This document shows, piece by piece, positions 27,643 to 37,495 of a DNA stretch of 64,000 nucleotides. Location: the NCBI GenBank assembly GCA_036505795.1, contig DASXSU010000113.1, positions 933-64,932 on the forward strand, read 5' to 3'. Made by a program: the position numbers and the translations under genes. Below the pieces are notes generated by a model that saw nothing but the letters and a program-made list of their open reading frames with translations, had not been told where the DNA came from and made no database searches. Origin of the DNA: Nitrospirales bacterium. GTDB taxonomy: Bacteria; Nitrospirota; Nitrospiria; Nitrospirales; NS-4. How positions within the stretch are numbered: position 1 is the stretch's first letter; every line of letters begins with the position of its first letter.

Positions 27643-29133
27643 CTACTCCAAGCCCTCCTCAGCCATTTCAATCGCGCGCATCATGGCCTTGGCCTTGTTG
27701 GCGGTCTCCTGGTACTCGGCCTCGGGGTCGGAATCGGCGACGATTCCCGCACCCGCCTGGATATACGCCTGGCGACCTTTGATGACAATCGTGCGGATGT
27801 TGATGCATGTGTCCAGGTTCCCGGAAAAGCCGACGTAGCCGACCGCGCCGGCATAGGGTCCCCGACGGGAAGGCTCCAGTTCCTCGATGATCTCCATCGC
27901 ACGGATCTTCGGAGCGCCGGACACGGTGCCCGCGGGAAAACAGGCGCGTAGCACGTCATAGGCGTCCTTGCCGGCCGCAAGCCGTCCTTCCACTTGTGAG
28001 ACGAGATGCATGACATGGGAGTACTGCTCGACAATCATGAAATCTTTCACCCGCACCGAGCCGGGACTCGAAACCCGGCCCACATCGTTGCGGCCAAGAT
28101 CCACGAGCATCACGTGCTCCGCACGCTCCTTCATGTTCGCCATCAACTCTTCCCGCACTGTCAGATCCTCTTCCTCGTTTTTTCCCCGAGGCCGGGTACC
28201 GGCGATCGGCCGCAGTTGGACGACGCCGTCCTCACATCGGACCAAGACCTCGGGCGACGCGCCCACCAGTTCCAGTTGCGGAAATCTCAGATAAAACATG
28301 TACGGCGAGGGATTAATCGTCCGCAGCGCCCGATAAATGTCGAAGGGGCGGGCGCCAAACGTCGTCTGCCACCGCTGAGAGAGCACGCCCTGAAAAATAT
28401 CTCCCGCTTTGATGTACTGTTTCGTCTGCATCACCATTTTTTTGAAGTCGGCTTTGCTCATGTTCGAACTGAAGACCAGCGGCCGGCGATGTCGCGTAGG
28501 CGTGGGCTTCCCGCGACGTGTCGTCCGCAGACGAGTGATCATCGCCTCAATCCGGCTGACCGCCTCGGCATACGCCCTTTTGGGTCCTCCATCACCTACG
28601 TGAGCATTCGCGACGACCTTGATGGTCTGCGAGACGTTATCGAAAATTAAGAGCGTATCGGTCAGGAGAAAACTCAGATCGGGAAGGCCGAGAACATCTT
28701 TGCGCAGAGACGGAAGACGCTCAAACTGCCGAACCACATCGTAACTGAGGTACCCCACGGCCCCGCCGCAGAACCGGGGGAGGCCCGGCACGACCGCCGG
28801 CCGATATTCGGCCATAATTTCGCGCAGCGCGGTGAGGGCGTCCCCCCTGACCAGAATCCGGGTGCGGCGGCGGCCATTGGAAAGCACCAGTTCCCGGTCA
28901 TTTCCCTGTACCATCAGCGGCGAGCCGCTGCCCAGAAACGAATATCGGGCCCATTTCTCTCCCCCCTCGACGCTTTCGAGCAGATAGGCGCACGGCCCTT
29001 GATCGATCTTTGCAAAGGCTGATACCGGAGTTTCGAAATCGGCGAGCACTTCACGGAAAACGGGAATGAGATTTCCCCGCTTCGCCAGCTCGCAGAACTG
29101 GTTGAAATCAGGAGTGTAAGACGCGCCGGCCAT
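27643..29133 (-). CDS. trpE: anthranilate synthase component I
   Basis: Chorismate-binding motifs LESVEGGE, GTVSGAPK and GAGIVADS. Confidence 0.9.
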   Translation of the reverse strand: MAGASYTPDFNQFCELAKRGNLIPVFREVLADFETPVSAFAKIDQGPCAYLLESVEGGEKWARYSFLGSGSPLMVQGNDRELVLSNGRRRTRILVRGDALTALREIMAEYRPAVVPGLPRFCGGAVGYLSYDVVRQFERLPSLRKDVLGLPDLSFLLTDTLLIFDNVSQTIKVVANAHVGDGGPKRAYAEAVSRIEAMITRLRTTRRGKPTPTRHRRPLVFSSNMSKADFKKMVMQTKQYIKAGDIFQGVLSQRWQTTFGARPFDIYRALRTINPSPYMFYLRFPQLELVGASPEVLVRCEDGVVQLRPIAGTRPRGKNEEEDLTVREELMANMKERAEHVMLVDLGRNDVGRVSSPGSVRVKDFMIVEQYSHVMHLVSQVEGRLAAGKDAYDVLRACFPAGTVSGAPKIRAMEIIEELEPSRRGPYAGAVGYVGFSGNLDTCINIRTIVIKGRQAYIQAGAGIVADSDPEAEYQETANKAKAMMRAIEMAEEGLE

Positions 29134-29248
29134 CTCGGGACGGTACCATAGCGCCTTTCAGTGAGTCAACGGAAGGTGATTACGTAATTTTACGTGTTAT
29201 CGGCGAGGAAGCTACGAGCCTTCAGGAAGAGAACGACAAAGAGACGGA

Positions 29249-29662
29249 CTAACGCTCGTAAAAATCGCGATCCGGAGTTTCATCGAAATCCGGCTCGCGC
29301 GTGCGGCCTCCGGCTTCTCCCTCAAAATGCTCTTCGATGTCGGCCACGCGGCCCCAGAGTGATTCAATCTTTTCATCCAACCGCGCAAGCCGATCCGCCA
29401 GAATCTTGTCCTGGTCTCGACGTGAAGAGCCTTCTTGACCACCGCCGCCAGGTCGTTTCCGTAACTCTGCCTTCAGCGTCTCCACGTCGCTGGTCAAACG
29501 CCGGATCACGGCCGTTAAATCGTCGGAACTCTTTGCCGGCGCCGGGTGCTCCGCCCTCGGCGATGCGGAGATCTTGGTGTCTTTGGCGCTCTTTTTCGCG
29601 CTCGGGGCCTTTTTCACCGTTGCATGGCCCTTCGCTTGAACCGGTTTTTTATGTGCAGGCAT
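29249..29662 (-). CDS. Lys-rich / coiled-coil hypothetical protein
   Basis: GGAGGA precedes ATG 29662. It has a basic N-terminus (MPAHKKPVQAKGHATVKKAPSAKKSAK) and lies between radC and trpE on the same strand. Confidence 0.45.
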   Translation of the reverse strand: MPAHKKPVQAKGHATVKKAPSAKKSAKDTKISASPRAEHPAPAKSSDDLTAVIRRLTSDVETLKAELRKRPGGGGQEGSSRRDQDKILADRLARLDEKIESLWGRVADIEEHFEGEAGGRTREPDFDETPDRDFYER

Positions 29663-29689
29663 TGCCGCCCTTCCTCCCATCTGTTGACG

Positions 29690-30370
29690 CTACGCCCGTA
29701 TCCATCCTTGATCGGCAAAGCTCACGTACTGGCGATCTCCTATCACAACGTGATCCAGAACCCGTATCCCCAAAAGCTCCCCCACCGCCACCAGTCGTTG
29801 CGTCAGGGCGCGATCTTCGGGGCTCGCCTCCGGATCGCCGCTCGGATGATTGTGCACGAAGATGATCGCCGCGGCTGACTCCCGCACTGCCGGGATGAAC
29901 GCCTCCCGCGGATGCACCACGCTGAGTGTCAGACTGCCTTCGGAGATCGTGACATCTTTGATGATTGTATTCTTGCCGTCCAGCAGAATCACCTTGAAGA
30001 TTTCCCGGCGAAGTCCCCTCATGAGCGGATAGTAATGCCGGAAAATGTCCTGGCTCGAGCCGATGCGCTGTCCGGTCGTCAGGGGCGCCGAAATTGCGCG
30101 CTTGCCGATCTCCAACGCCGCCTTGAGAGCTGCGGCCTTCGCCGGTCCGATCCCGGGGATCGCGCACAGTTCTCGGGCTGCCTGCCGTTCGAGTCCCTGC
30201 AAACCACCGTGTTGAGTCAAGATGGACACTCCCAGGTCGAAGGCCGAGTCGCCCGCATGACCCGTTCCCAACACAATGGCAAGGAGCTGGCCGTCGGTCA
30301 AGGTGTCGGCGCCATAGCGAAGGAGTCTTTCGCGCGGGCGCTCGTCTTCCGGCCAGGTTTCGATGCCCAT
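29690..30370 (-). CDS. radC: RadC-family JAB-domain protein
   Basis: ERPRERLLRYGADTLTDGQLLAIVL and HNHPSGDPEASPED (JAMM motif). Confidence 0.85.
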   Translation of the reverse strand: MGIETWPEDERPRERLLRYGADTLTDGQLLAIVLGTGHAGDSAFDLGVSILTQHGGLQGLERQAARELCAIPGIGPAKAAALKAALEIGKRAISAPLTTGQRIGSSQDIFRHYYPLMRGLRREIFKVILLDGKNTIIKDVTISEGSLTLSVVHPREAFIPAVRESAAAIIFVHNHPSGDPEASPEDRALTQRLVAVGELLGIRVLDHVVIGDRQYVSFADQGWIRA

Positions 30371-30569
30371 GATACCCCGTGAGTGCAACCGCTATGTAAT
30401 CTCTTACACAGCCAATGGACTTTTTTGACACAGCAAGAACCCTAGAAGGCAAACTCCAGACAGCTGCGCAAAACATAACATCCCGAAATGATTGAAAAGA
30501 TAATTTCGGCATTCTCATTGCTTTCAATTCAATACCATAATGCGCGCCCTGTGGTCTGGAGGTGCCCCT

Positions 30570-30740
30570 ATGGACTGTCCCAAATGCAACGGCTTGATGG
30601 TGACTGAGCGGTTTTCGGACTATTTCCTGAGCTGTGTTGCCTGGAAATGTCTGAATTGCGGCGCGGTGGTCGACCCGACAATTATGGAAAATCAGCGTAG
30701 GCAGCCCCCCGCGAGCATTCCGGAATCCGTCTCCGATTAG
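30570..30740 (+). CDS. 56-aa zinc-ribbon protein
   Basis: GGAGGT lies 7 nt upstream of the ATG. Two CxxC pairs are present (CPKC ... CLNC). Confidence 0.4.
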   Translation: MDCPKCNGLMVTERFSDYFLSCVAWKCLNCGAVVDPTIMENQRRQPPASIPESVSD

Positions 30741-30871
30741 CACGTTCCGGCTCTCGCCTCCTCTCAGGAGCGGTTGGATTGCCCGCGATTTTCTCTGTTT
30801 CTTCGCGGTCATAGCCGTTCTGGGGGAACACCTTACGAGCGCCGCCCCATTATAGTCAAGCAGATTTTCGA

Positions 30872-30901
30872 TTGTCAAAACAGCTAAAAACCCGCTAGAG
30901 T
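30872..30901 (+). promoter_or_regulatory. candidate sigma-70 promoter, possibly giving a leaderless rsmD mRNA
   Basis: TTGTCA-18 nt-TAGAGT, with the -10 ending 6 nt before ATG 30908. No SD. Confidence 0.3.
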
Positions 30902-30907
30902 TTATTC

Positions 30908-31471
30908 ATGCGAATCCTTGGAGGCGTCTTGCGCGGGCGCCGGCTGGCGGGCCCTTCGGCAGAAGGAACCCGGCCGACCGCCGGCCGGGTCAAATCGGCC
31001 TTATTTAACATTCTCGCTCCCCGCATCGCGGACGCTCGCTTTCTCGATCTCTACGCGGGCACCGGTTTGGTCGGCATCGAGGCGCTCAGCCGCGGCGCCG
31101 GGCATGTGACGTTTGTTGAGTCCAACATCGCCTCCTGCCATGTGATCAAGAGCAATCTTGAGCGTTGCGGCGGCTACGCGCGCGCGTCCAAAGTCCTCAC
31201 GATGCCCGCTTCACGTTTTCTAAAACAGGCCCATCGACCCTACGACATTGTCTTCGTTGACCCGCCTTACCATGGCGGCGAGGACGGCAACATATTGCCA
31301 TTACTTGGGAGCGGTGCTATCATCGCGGCTAACGGAGTCGTTGTCATCGAGCACTTTCACAAGGTCCATTTACCGGTTCAGGTCGGTCGTCTCGCTTTCA
31401 TAAAATCCTACCGGCACGGCGATACGCTCCTCTCAGTTTATCGGCATGGGTCCCAAGCGGATTCCGTATGA
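30908..31471 (+). CDS. rsmD: 16S rRNA (guanine966-N2)-methyltransferase
   Basis: TRPTAGRVKSALFNIL, LDLYAGTG and VFVDPPY motifs. Confidence 0.85.
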   Translation: MRILGGVLRGRRLAGPSAEGTRPTAGRVKSALFNILAPRIADARFLDLYAGTGLVGIEALSRGAGHVTFVESNIASCHVIKSNLERCGGYARASKVLTMPASRFLKQAHRPYDIVFVDPPYHGGEDGNILPLLGSGAIIAANGVVVIEHFHKVHLPVQVGRLAFIKSYRHGDTLLSVYRHGSQADSV

Positions 31472-31956
31472 GGATCGGTGTCTATCCCGGCACGTTCGAT
31501 CCCATTACGAACGGCCATGTCGACCTCATCAGGCGCAGCCTGCGGCTCTTCGACAAGGTGTATGTCGCAGTGGCGCTGAATCCGCAGAAACACCCGATGT
31601 TCGACCTGGCCGAGCGGGTCGACATGGCGCGGCTCGTCACCAAGGAACTCGCGCATGTGGAAGTGGAACCATTTGAGGGTTTGCTGGTGCAGTTTGTGCG
31701 TGAGCGCGGGGCCGAGGCGATTATTCGGGGACTGCGTGCCGTGTCCGATTTTGAAGTCGAGCTTCAGGTAGCGCTCATGAACCGGAACTTGGATCAAAAT
31801 TCAGAGACCCTGTTTCTCATGCCGAGCCAAGAATACATCTATCTCACGTCCACGATTATCAGAGAGGTCGCCCGTCACGGTGGAAATCTGAACGACCTGT
31901 TGCACCCGGAAGTGGCCAAGCGCCTGACCGCAAAGTTCAAGGGCGCTTCCCGATGA
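31468..31956 (+). CDS. coaD: phosphopantetheine adenylyltransferase
   Basis: YPGTFDPITNGHVDLI motif. 4-nt overlap with rsmD. Confidence 0.9.
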   Translation: MRIGVYPGTFDPITNGHVDLIRRSLRLFDKVYVAVALNPQKHPMFDLAERVDMARLVTKELAHVEVEPFEGLLVQFVRERGAEAIIRGLRAVSDFEVELQVALMNRNLDQNSETLFLMPSQEYIYLTSTIIREVARHGGNLNDLLHPEVAKRLTAKFKGASR

Positions 31957-33146
31957 AGCTGGCGAAGCGGGTCAGCCAGATCTCGCCGTCTCCCACGCTG
32001 AGCATCACCGCGGAAGCCAAGGCGATGGCCGCTCGTGGTATCGATGTGATTGATTTCGCCTCGGGCGAACCGGACTTTGACACCCCTGTTCCGATTAAGG
32101 AAGCCGCGATCACCGCGATCCGAAACGGATTCACGAAATACACGGCCACGGGCGGCATCGATGAGCTGAAACAAGCGGTCATCGACAAGCTCCGGCGGGA
32201 CCAAGGCCTGTCGTATGAGAAATCCCAAGTCCTGATCTCCTGCGGCGCCAAACACTCTCTCTACAACCTCGCCCAAGCGCTATTCGAAGCCGGCGACGAA
32301 GTCATCATTCCCGCCCCGTACTGGGTGTCGTATCCGGATCAGGTCGTTCTGAATGATGCGACGCCCATCCTCGTGCCGACCAGCCAAGAGAACGGCTTTC
32401 AGCTCACCGGCGAGCTTTTCGAAAAGCACCTGACCTCGCGCACGAAGGCCGTGGTGGTCAACAGCCCGGGGAATCCGACGGGGTCCGTCTATGAGCGCCG
32501 GACGCTGGAAGCCATTGCGAAGATCGCTCTTCGGCACAATATTGTGATCATCTCGGATGAGATCTACGAAAAGATCATCTATGACGGCGTCACGCACGTC
32601 AGCATCGCGTCCCTGGGAGCCGACGTGCAGGCGCAAACCGTGGTCGTGAACGGCGTCTCTAAGGCCTATGCCATGACGGGCTGGCGAATTGGATACGCGG
32701 CGGGCCCGAAGAGCCTCATTGAAGCGATGGGCACCGTGCAGAGTCAAAGCACATCAAACCCGAATTCGATTGCGCAAAAAGCGGCCGTGGCCGCACTTAA
32801 GGGCGGCGACGGGAGTACGACGGCAATGGTGTCGGAGTTCGACAAGCGGCGGCGCTTTATCGTGGAACGGTTAAACAAGATCCCGGGCATTGCCTGTTCG
32901 ATGCCGAGCGGGGCCTTCTACGCGTTTCCTTCCGTCAGTCGGCTGATCGGCCGGAGTTCTCCCAGCGGACCCATCAGCTCGGCGTCCCACTTCGCCTCCT
33001 ATCTCTTGAAGGAGGCCAGGGTCGCGACCGTTCCGGGGGAGGCTTTCGGCGCCCCCGGTCATCTCCGGTTCTCTTACGCGACCGGCCTAAAACAAATTGC
33101 CGAAGGGTTGGAGCGCATCGAATCGGCCGTGCTGCGGCTCTCGTAA
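31953..33146 (+). CDS. PLP-dependent aspartate/aromatic aminotransferase (class I)
   Basis: GEPDFDTP, NSPGNPTG and the SKAYAMTGWRIGY PLP-Lys region. Confidence 0.9.
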   Translation: MKLAKRVSQISPSPTLSITAEAKAMAARGIDVIDFASGEPDFDTPVPIKEAAITAIRNGFTKYTATGGIDELKQAVIDKLRRDQGLSYEKSQVLISCGAKHSLYNLAQALFEAGDEVIIPAPYWVSYPDQVVLNDATPILVPTSQENGFQLTGELFEKHLTSRTKAVVVNSPGNPTGSVYERRTLEAIAKIALRHNIVIISDEIYEKIIYDGVTHVSIASLGADVQAQTVVVNGVSKAYAMTGWRIGYAAGPKSLIEAMGTVQSQSTSNPNSIAQKAAVAALKGGDGSTTAMVSEFDKRRRFIVERLNKIPGIACSMPSGAFYAFPSVSRLIGRSSPSGPISSASHFASYLLKEARVATVPGEAFGAPGHLRFSYATGLKQIAEGLERIESAVLRLS

Positions 33147-33207
33147 TTCCCCGGCGGGCTTGACCAGGGCAAAAAAATGGTTATCCTTTTAGAGAGGGAG
33201 CACGGGT

Positions 33208-33636
33208 ATGCCGGTGTATGAATACGGATGCGAGGGTGGTCACCGCTTCGAAGTGAAGCAGAGATTCAGTGATGCGCCGATTACGACCTGCCAGGTGTGC
33301 TCGCTTCCCGTGACGAAATTGATCTCGGCGTCCGGCATCAGTTTCAAAGGGTCCGGATGGTATGTGACCGATTATTCCAATAAAATGAAGAACCCGGAGG
33401 CGCAGGAGAAATCTTCCGACAAGTCTTCCGAAAAATCCACCGATAAATCTTCCGAGAAATCAACTGAGAAGTCTCAAGAGAAATCAGAGGCGCCCCAAAC
33501 ATCCACGACGGCTGCTCCAGCTACGCCGGCATCTTCCTCGCCGTCCCAATCAGACTCATCCTCATCTAAATCTAAATCGGACGGCGGCTCTTCGCCGAGC
33601 CCGGCGCCGGCACCGACCACACCGTCAAAGTCCTAA
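33208..33636 (+). CDS. FmdB-family zinc-ribbon protein with Ser/Lys/Glu-rich tail
   Basis: MPVYEYGCEGGHRFE...CQVC is the FmdB CxxC motif. The tail contains EKSSDKSSEKSTDKSSEKSTEKSQEKSE. Confidence 0.75.
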   Translation: MPVYEYGCEGGHRFEVKQRFSDAPITTCQVCSLPVTKLISASGISFKGSGWYVTDYSNKMKNPEAQEKSSDKSSEKSTDKSSEKSTEKSQEKSEAPQTSTTAAPATPASSSPSQSDSSSSKSKSDGGSSPSPAPAPTTPSKS

Positions 33637-33653
33637 CGTCTTTTCCCGCGGTT

Positions 33654-33983
33654 CTACTTCTTCCGCTTCGTCGCGGCGGCAGGTTTCGCCGCCTTGGCCT
33701 CAGCTTGCGCTAAGGACGCGGTCAGCTGTTGCACTTGGGCTTTCAGCGCATTGTTCTCCTGTTCCATTTGCGCCGTTTGTGCCTTGCCTTCTTCGAACTT
33801 CTTGCTGACCTCGGCCACCTGTCCTTGCAGACGGACCTTTTCCGCCTCTAGCACTTTGATCCGCGCCTCCTGCTGCCCAATGCGCTCTTGGAGTGTCGGC
33901 GGCCACCAGTCACAACCGGTTGCCCCGGCCAAGAGTCCGACAAGGACCACACTTCGCACCGCATACCGTGCTGTTATCGTCAT
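33654..33983 (-). CDS. coiled-coil lipoprotein
   Basis: Lipobox LLAGATGC followed by a heptad-rich remainder. The ATG lies 5 nt after the regulator stop, with GGAGGA inside the upstream gene. Confidence 0.55.
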   Translation of the reverse strand: MTITARYAVRSVVLVGLLAGATGCDWWPPTLQERIGQQEARIKVLEAEKVRLQGQVAEVSKKFEEGKAQTAQMEQENNALKAQVQQLTASLAQAEAKAAKPAAATKRKK

Positions 33984-33987
33984 CCGT

Positions 33988-35409
33988 TCATCCTCCAGAT
34001 TGGTTCTGTTCCTCAGAGCTCTCCGACGGTATTCGACCAGTCGCGGCTCGACCCAACTGAAACTTCTCCAGACGGTACTGCATCGTCTTGTAGGACAGGC
34101 CAAGCATTTTGGCGGCCTTGGCGATCACGCCGTTGCTGCGGGCCATCGCTTTTTCTAACAGTTGTCGTTCAAACTCTTCCAACGAGAAGCCTTCGTTGGG
34201 AAGCTCAAACTCCGTGCGATCAAGCAGCGTCGGCCTCAGACGCAACTCGGGAGGGAAGTCCTCGACATCGATCCGATCATTCTCGCACAAGAGCACGGCC
34301 CGCTCCACGACGGATTCCAACTCCCGCACATTTCCCGGCCAGGGGTATTCAATGAGCAGGCGCAGGGCCGGCGCGGTCACACCCTTGATTGTTTTTCCGG
34401 CCGACGTCCCATATTTCTTGAGAAAGTGCTCGATCAGTTCCGGAATGTCCGTCGGCCGGTCCCGAAGCGGCGGCAAGTGAACCGAGACGACATTCAAACG
34501 GTAGAACAGATCCTCCCGGAAGGTGCCCTGTTTGATCGCTGCCGCGAGCTTGCGGTTGGTTGCCGCGACCACTCGGACATCGACTTTAATATCATCGCGG
34601 CCGCCGATCCGGCGGATTTCCCTTTCCTGCAGAACCCGTAACAACTTGGCTTGCAGCGGAAGACTTAGATCTCCGATCTCGTCCAGAAACAGCGTGCCTT
34701 CGTGCACCGCCTCGAACAATCCGATATGGCGGCCCTGAGCGCCCGTAAAGGAGCCCTTTTCATATCCAAACAGCTCACTTTCGATGAGGGCTTCGGGAAT
34801 CGCCGCGCAGTTCAGAGCGCGGAAGGGCCGGTCCTTGCGGCTTGATTCAGCGTGTAATGCACGGGCCACCAACTCTTTACCGGTGCCGCTTTCGCCCGTA
34901 ATCAGCACCGTGGTTTGGCTCGGCGCCACCTTGCGGATGATCCGGAAGACCTCATCCATTGTCGGATGATGGCCCAAAATGTGGCCGATCTTGTACTTGT
35001 CATGCAATTGCTGCCGGAGCTGACGATTTTCCTTGACGAGGTGCAGCTTTTCAAAGGCGCGGGCGACCGTGATCAACAGTTCCTCTCGGTCCAATGGCTT
35101 CTCAAGATAGTCGAACGCGCCCTTTTTCATGGCCTCGACCGCCGACCCGACGGTCCCGTGCGCAGTGATCAGGACAATCAGTGCCTCCGAGTCGAGCTTC
35201 ATGAGATCATCGAGCAGGGCCAGGCCGTCCCGCTCGGGCATCGAAAGATCGGTCAGCACAAGATCAACGGGATGGTTGCGGTACAGAGTCAGGGCTTGCG
35301 ACACATTGGAGGAAGGCTCGACCGTGTAACCCTCGCCCTCCAGGATGACCGTCAAGATATCCCGCTGGGATTTTTCATCATCCACTACCAGGATGTGACC
35401 TGCGGTCAT
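33988..35409 (-). CDS. sigma-54-dependent response regulator (NtrC family)
   Basis: REC domain (VVDDE, DLVLTDLSMP), AAA+ domain (GESGTGKE, GSFTGA) and a Fis-type HTH. Confidence 0.9.
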   Translation of the reverse strand: MTAGHILVVDDEKSQRDILTVILEGEGYTVEPSSNVSQALTLYRNHPVDLVLTDLSMPERDGLALLDDLMKLDSEALIVLITAHGTVGSAVEAMKKGAFDYLEKPLDREELLITVARAFEKLHLVKENRQLRQQLHDKYKIGHILGHHPTMDEVFRIIRKVAPSQTTVLITGESGTGKELVARALHAESSRKDRPFRALNCAAIPEALIESELFGYEKGSFTGAQGRHIGLFEAVHEGTLFLDEIGDLSLPLQAKLLRVLQEREIRRIGGRDDIKVDVRVVAATNRKLAAAIKQGTFREDLFYRLNVVSVHLPPLRDRPTDIPELIEHFLKKYGTSAGKTIKGVTAPALRLLIEYPWPGNVRELESVVERAVLLCENDRIDVEDFPPELRLRPTLLDRTEFELPNEGFSLEEFERQLLEKAMARSNGVIAKAAKMLGLSYKTMQYRLEKFQLGRAATGRIPSESSEEQNQSGG

Positions 35410-36860
35410 ACGGCCACCTCAGTCACGACGGTGAGGGGGAACCTGATCACCACCGTTGTGCCCTCATGCGTCCGGCTTGTGACGCTGATCTGGCCCCCAT
35501 GCTCCTCCACGATCTTCTTTGTGATCGCCAGGCCCAACCCGATCCCGAGCTTCTTCGTGGTGAAATAAGGGGTGAAAATTTTCCCCAGCTCCTCTTCGTC
35601 TATTCCGCTCCCAGTGTCGGAAACCGACACCTCTACCGCTCCGCTTGAGAATTCCGCCCCTGTCGCGTGCGGTTGATACGCCGTGCGTAGCGAAAGGCGG
35701 CCGCCGGTCGGCATCGCTTGAATTGCGTTCAGCACGACGTTCATCAAACAGGTCTTCACCTGAGCGCTATCCGCATGAAGGGGCGGAATCGTCGCGGGCC
35801 CATCGACACGGATCTCGACGTTTTGTTCGAGGGCTTTCTGCTTTGCCAGGTCGATGACATCACGAATGAGGATATTGATATCCACCGCCGTCTTGTTCAA
35901 CGCTAAGGGCTTCCCAACAGAAAGAAAGTTTTCGACCATGCTGTTGAGGCGATGAATCTCATCTTTGATATTCCCAATAAGCGCCTGTGTCTCCCGCCAT
36001 CCCGGTGCCCGGCTTGCGTTCAGACCGCTTCGAATGTGATCAATGCTGAGGCTGATGAAGTTCAAGGGGTTACGGATTTCGTGAGCGATACCGGAGGCAA
36101 GCTTCCCGACAGCGGACAGCCGCTCCGCCTCGCGCAGCCGTTCCTCCAACTCGCGGTGCTGGCGAAGCTTCTCCACCATTTCGTTGAAGCTATGGGTCAA
36201 CTCGGCGATCTCATCGGCCCCCTCCACTTCAATGGTCTTGGTGAGATCGCCAGCCGCAACCCGCTTTGCCGCTTCCACGACGCCTTTCAGGGGGTGGGTA
36301 TATTTTCGCGCCAGATACAACGAGGCGGCGATCCCCAGGGCAAAGATCAACAACGTAACGGTCACGCGTTTGATTAAGGTGGCCCTATTGACTTGTGCCA
36401 GATCCTCCAACGTGAAGGCCACATGGATATAACCGAGCACCTCATTCCCATCGACAAGCGGCGCCGTCACGTTATATTCCCGCTGTCCGCCTTTAATGAC
36501 CGTGCTTTCCATTTTCCGGCCTGCCTGAGCTGGCGGCGAGCTAGCCACGACCTCCTTTTCTATATCCAGCAGTTTGATCTCCTTCACCCCTTTTTTCACC
36601 AGGCGGCTGAGAAGCTTCTGCAGTTGCGCGGCATCCGGTTCTCCCGACAGCTGTTCCAGGCTGACCGCGGTCGCATTCGACAGGTCGTTAATGCTTTCCT
36701 CTATGTCCTCCATGACCGCCTGTTGTGCCATATGGGACAGGAGTACGGAGGCGGTCAATGAGAGCGCCAGCAGGGCGAGCATCATCACCATGAGCTTGGT
36801 CGTGAGCCGGATGCGATGGAAAATACGATTGTTCAGCGAACCCAGCTTGCCTAGCATCAT
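35406..36860 (-). CDS. sensor histidine kinase (TM-HAMP-HisKA-HATPase)
   Basis: H-box HEIRNPLNF and the N/G boxes. 4-nt overlap with the regulator. Start taken at MMLGKLG, where the TM segment follows. Confidence 0.85.
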   Translation of the reverse strand: MMLGKLGSLNNRIFHRIRLTTKLMVMMLALLALSLTASVLLSHMAQQAVMEDIEESINDLSNATAVSLEQLSGEPDAAQLQKLLSRLVKKGVKEIKLLDIEKEVVASSPPAQAGRKMESTVIKGGQREYNVTAPLVDGNEVLGYIHVAFTLEDLAQVNRATLIKRVTVTLLIFALGIAASLYLARKYTHPLKGVVEAAKRVAAGDLTKTIEVEGADEIAELTHSFNEMVEKLRQHRELEERLREAERLSAVGKLASGIAHEIRNPLNFISLSIDHIRSGLNASRAPGWRETQALIGNIKDEIHRLNSMVENFLSVGKPLALNKTAVDINILIRDVIDLAKQKALEQNVEIRVDGPATIPPLHADSAQVKTCLMNVVLNAIQAMPTGGRLSLRTAYQPHATGAEFSSGAVEVSVSDTGSGIDEEELGKIFTPYFTTKKLGIGLGLAITKKIVEEHGGQISVTSRTHEGTTVVIRFPLTVVTEVAV

Positions 36861-37495
36861 TATGCCGCCAGTGTGCCGATGATCGAGAGCACCTCGCTGC
36901 GGGGAAGTGCCCCCTGACGGATCAATCGTACAGGCTGCACCGTGCAATCCACCACGGTACTGGGCAGTCCTCCGGGGGTCCGACCGCCGTTGAGAATCAG
37001 ATCGACCTCGACGCCCAGGGAGGCCTGCACCTCTTCCGCCGTGGTGGCCGGCGCTGCCCCTGATCGATTCGCGCTGGTTCCGGTGAGCGGGCCGTCGACA
37101 GCCTCGAGCAACCGGTGGAGCGGGGCGGAGGCCGACAGTCGAATCCCGATTGTGCCGGTGCCGGCTGTAACCAGCAACGGAACGGTCGAACTCGCGCGAA
37201 ACACAATGGTCAACGGCCCGGGCCAGCAGGCGTTCATGAGCAATTCCGCGCTTGGCGAAACCTCCGACACCAGGCGCTCGAGCTCTGTTCGGTCACGGAT
37301 CAAGACGAGGATGGGGCTCGAGGCGGGAGAGCGTCCTTTGAGCTGGAAGAGACGGGAAACCGCCGCCGGATCAAAGGGCGTCACCCCTAAGCCGTAGAAG
37401 GTTTCCGTGGGGAAGGCAATCACTCCCCCCGCCCGCACCACGCTTGCGGCGCGGGCCACCATGGCCTCTGTCATTGGCTCAAGAACGGTATTCAC
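36860..37495 (-). CDS. tsaC: L-threonylcarbamoyladenylate synthase (YrdC/TsaC family)
   Basis: GGVIAFPTETFYGLG and SANRSG motifs. GTG start overlaps the purE stop; ATG 37474 is an alternative. Confidence 0.85.
   Translation of the reverse strand: MNTVLEPMTEAMVARAASVVRAGGVIAFPTETFYGLGVTPFDPAAVSRLFQLKGRSPASSPILVLIRDRTELERLVSEVSPSAELLMNACWPGPLTIVFRASSTVPLLVTAGTGTIGIRLSASAPLHRLLEAVDGPLTGTSANRSGAAPATTAEEVQASLGVEVDLILNGGRTPGGLPSTVVDCTVQPVRLIRQGALPRSEVLSIIGTLAA

Noticed and set aside
29649-30878. 409-aa ORF on the - strand
   Set aside because: It overlaps radC out of frame and runs antisense through the small zinc-ribbon ORF. The product is Arg/Gly/Ser-rich with no motifs, whereas radC in the other frame has its JAMM motif intact.
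33400-33490. 12-nt periodicity in the FmdB-family gene tail (EKSS/DKSS/EKST repeats)
   Set aside because: This is a real low-complexity coding repeat, but such tails are common in this family and I see no further signal. It is noted only in the feature evidence.
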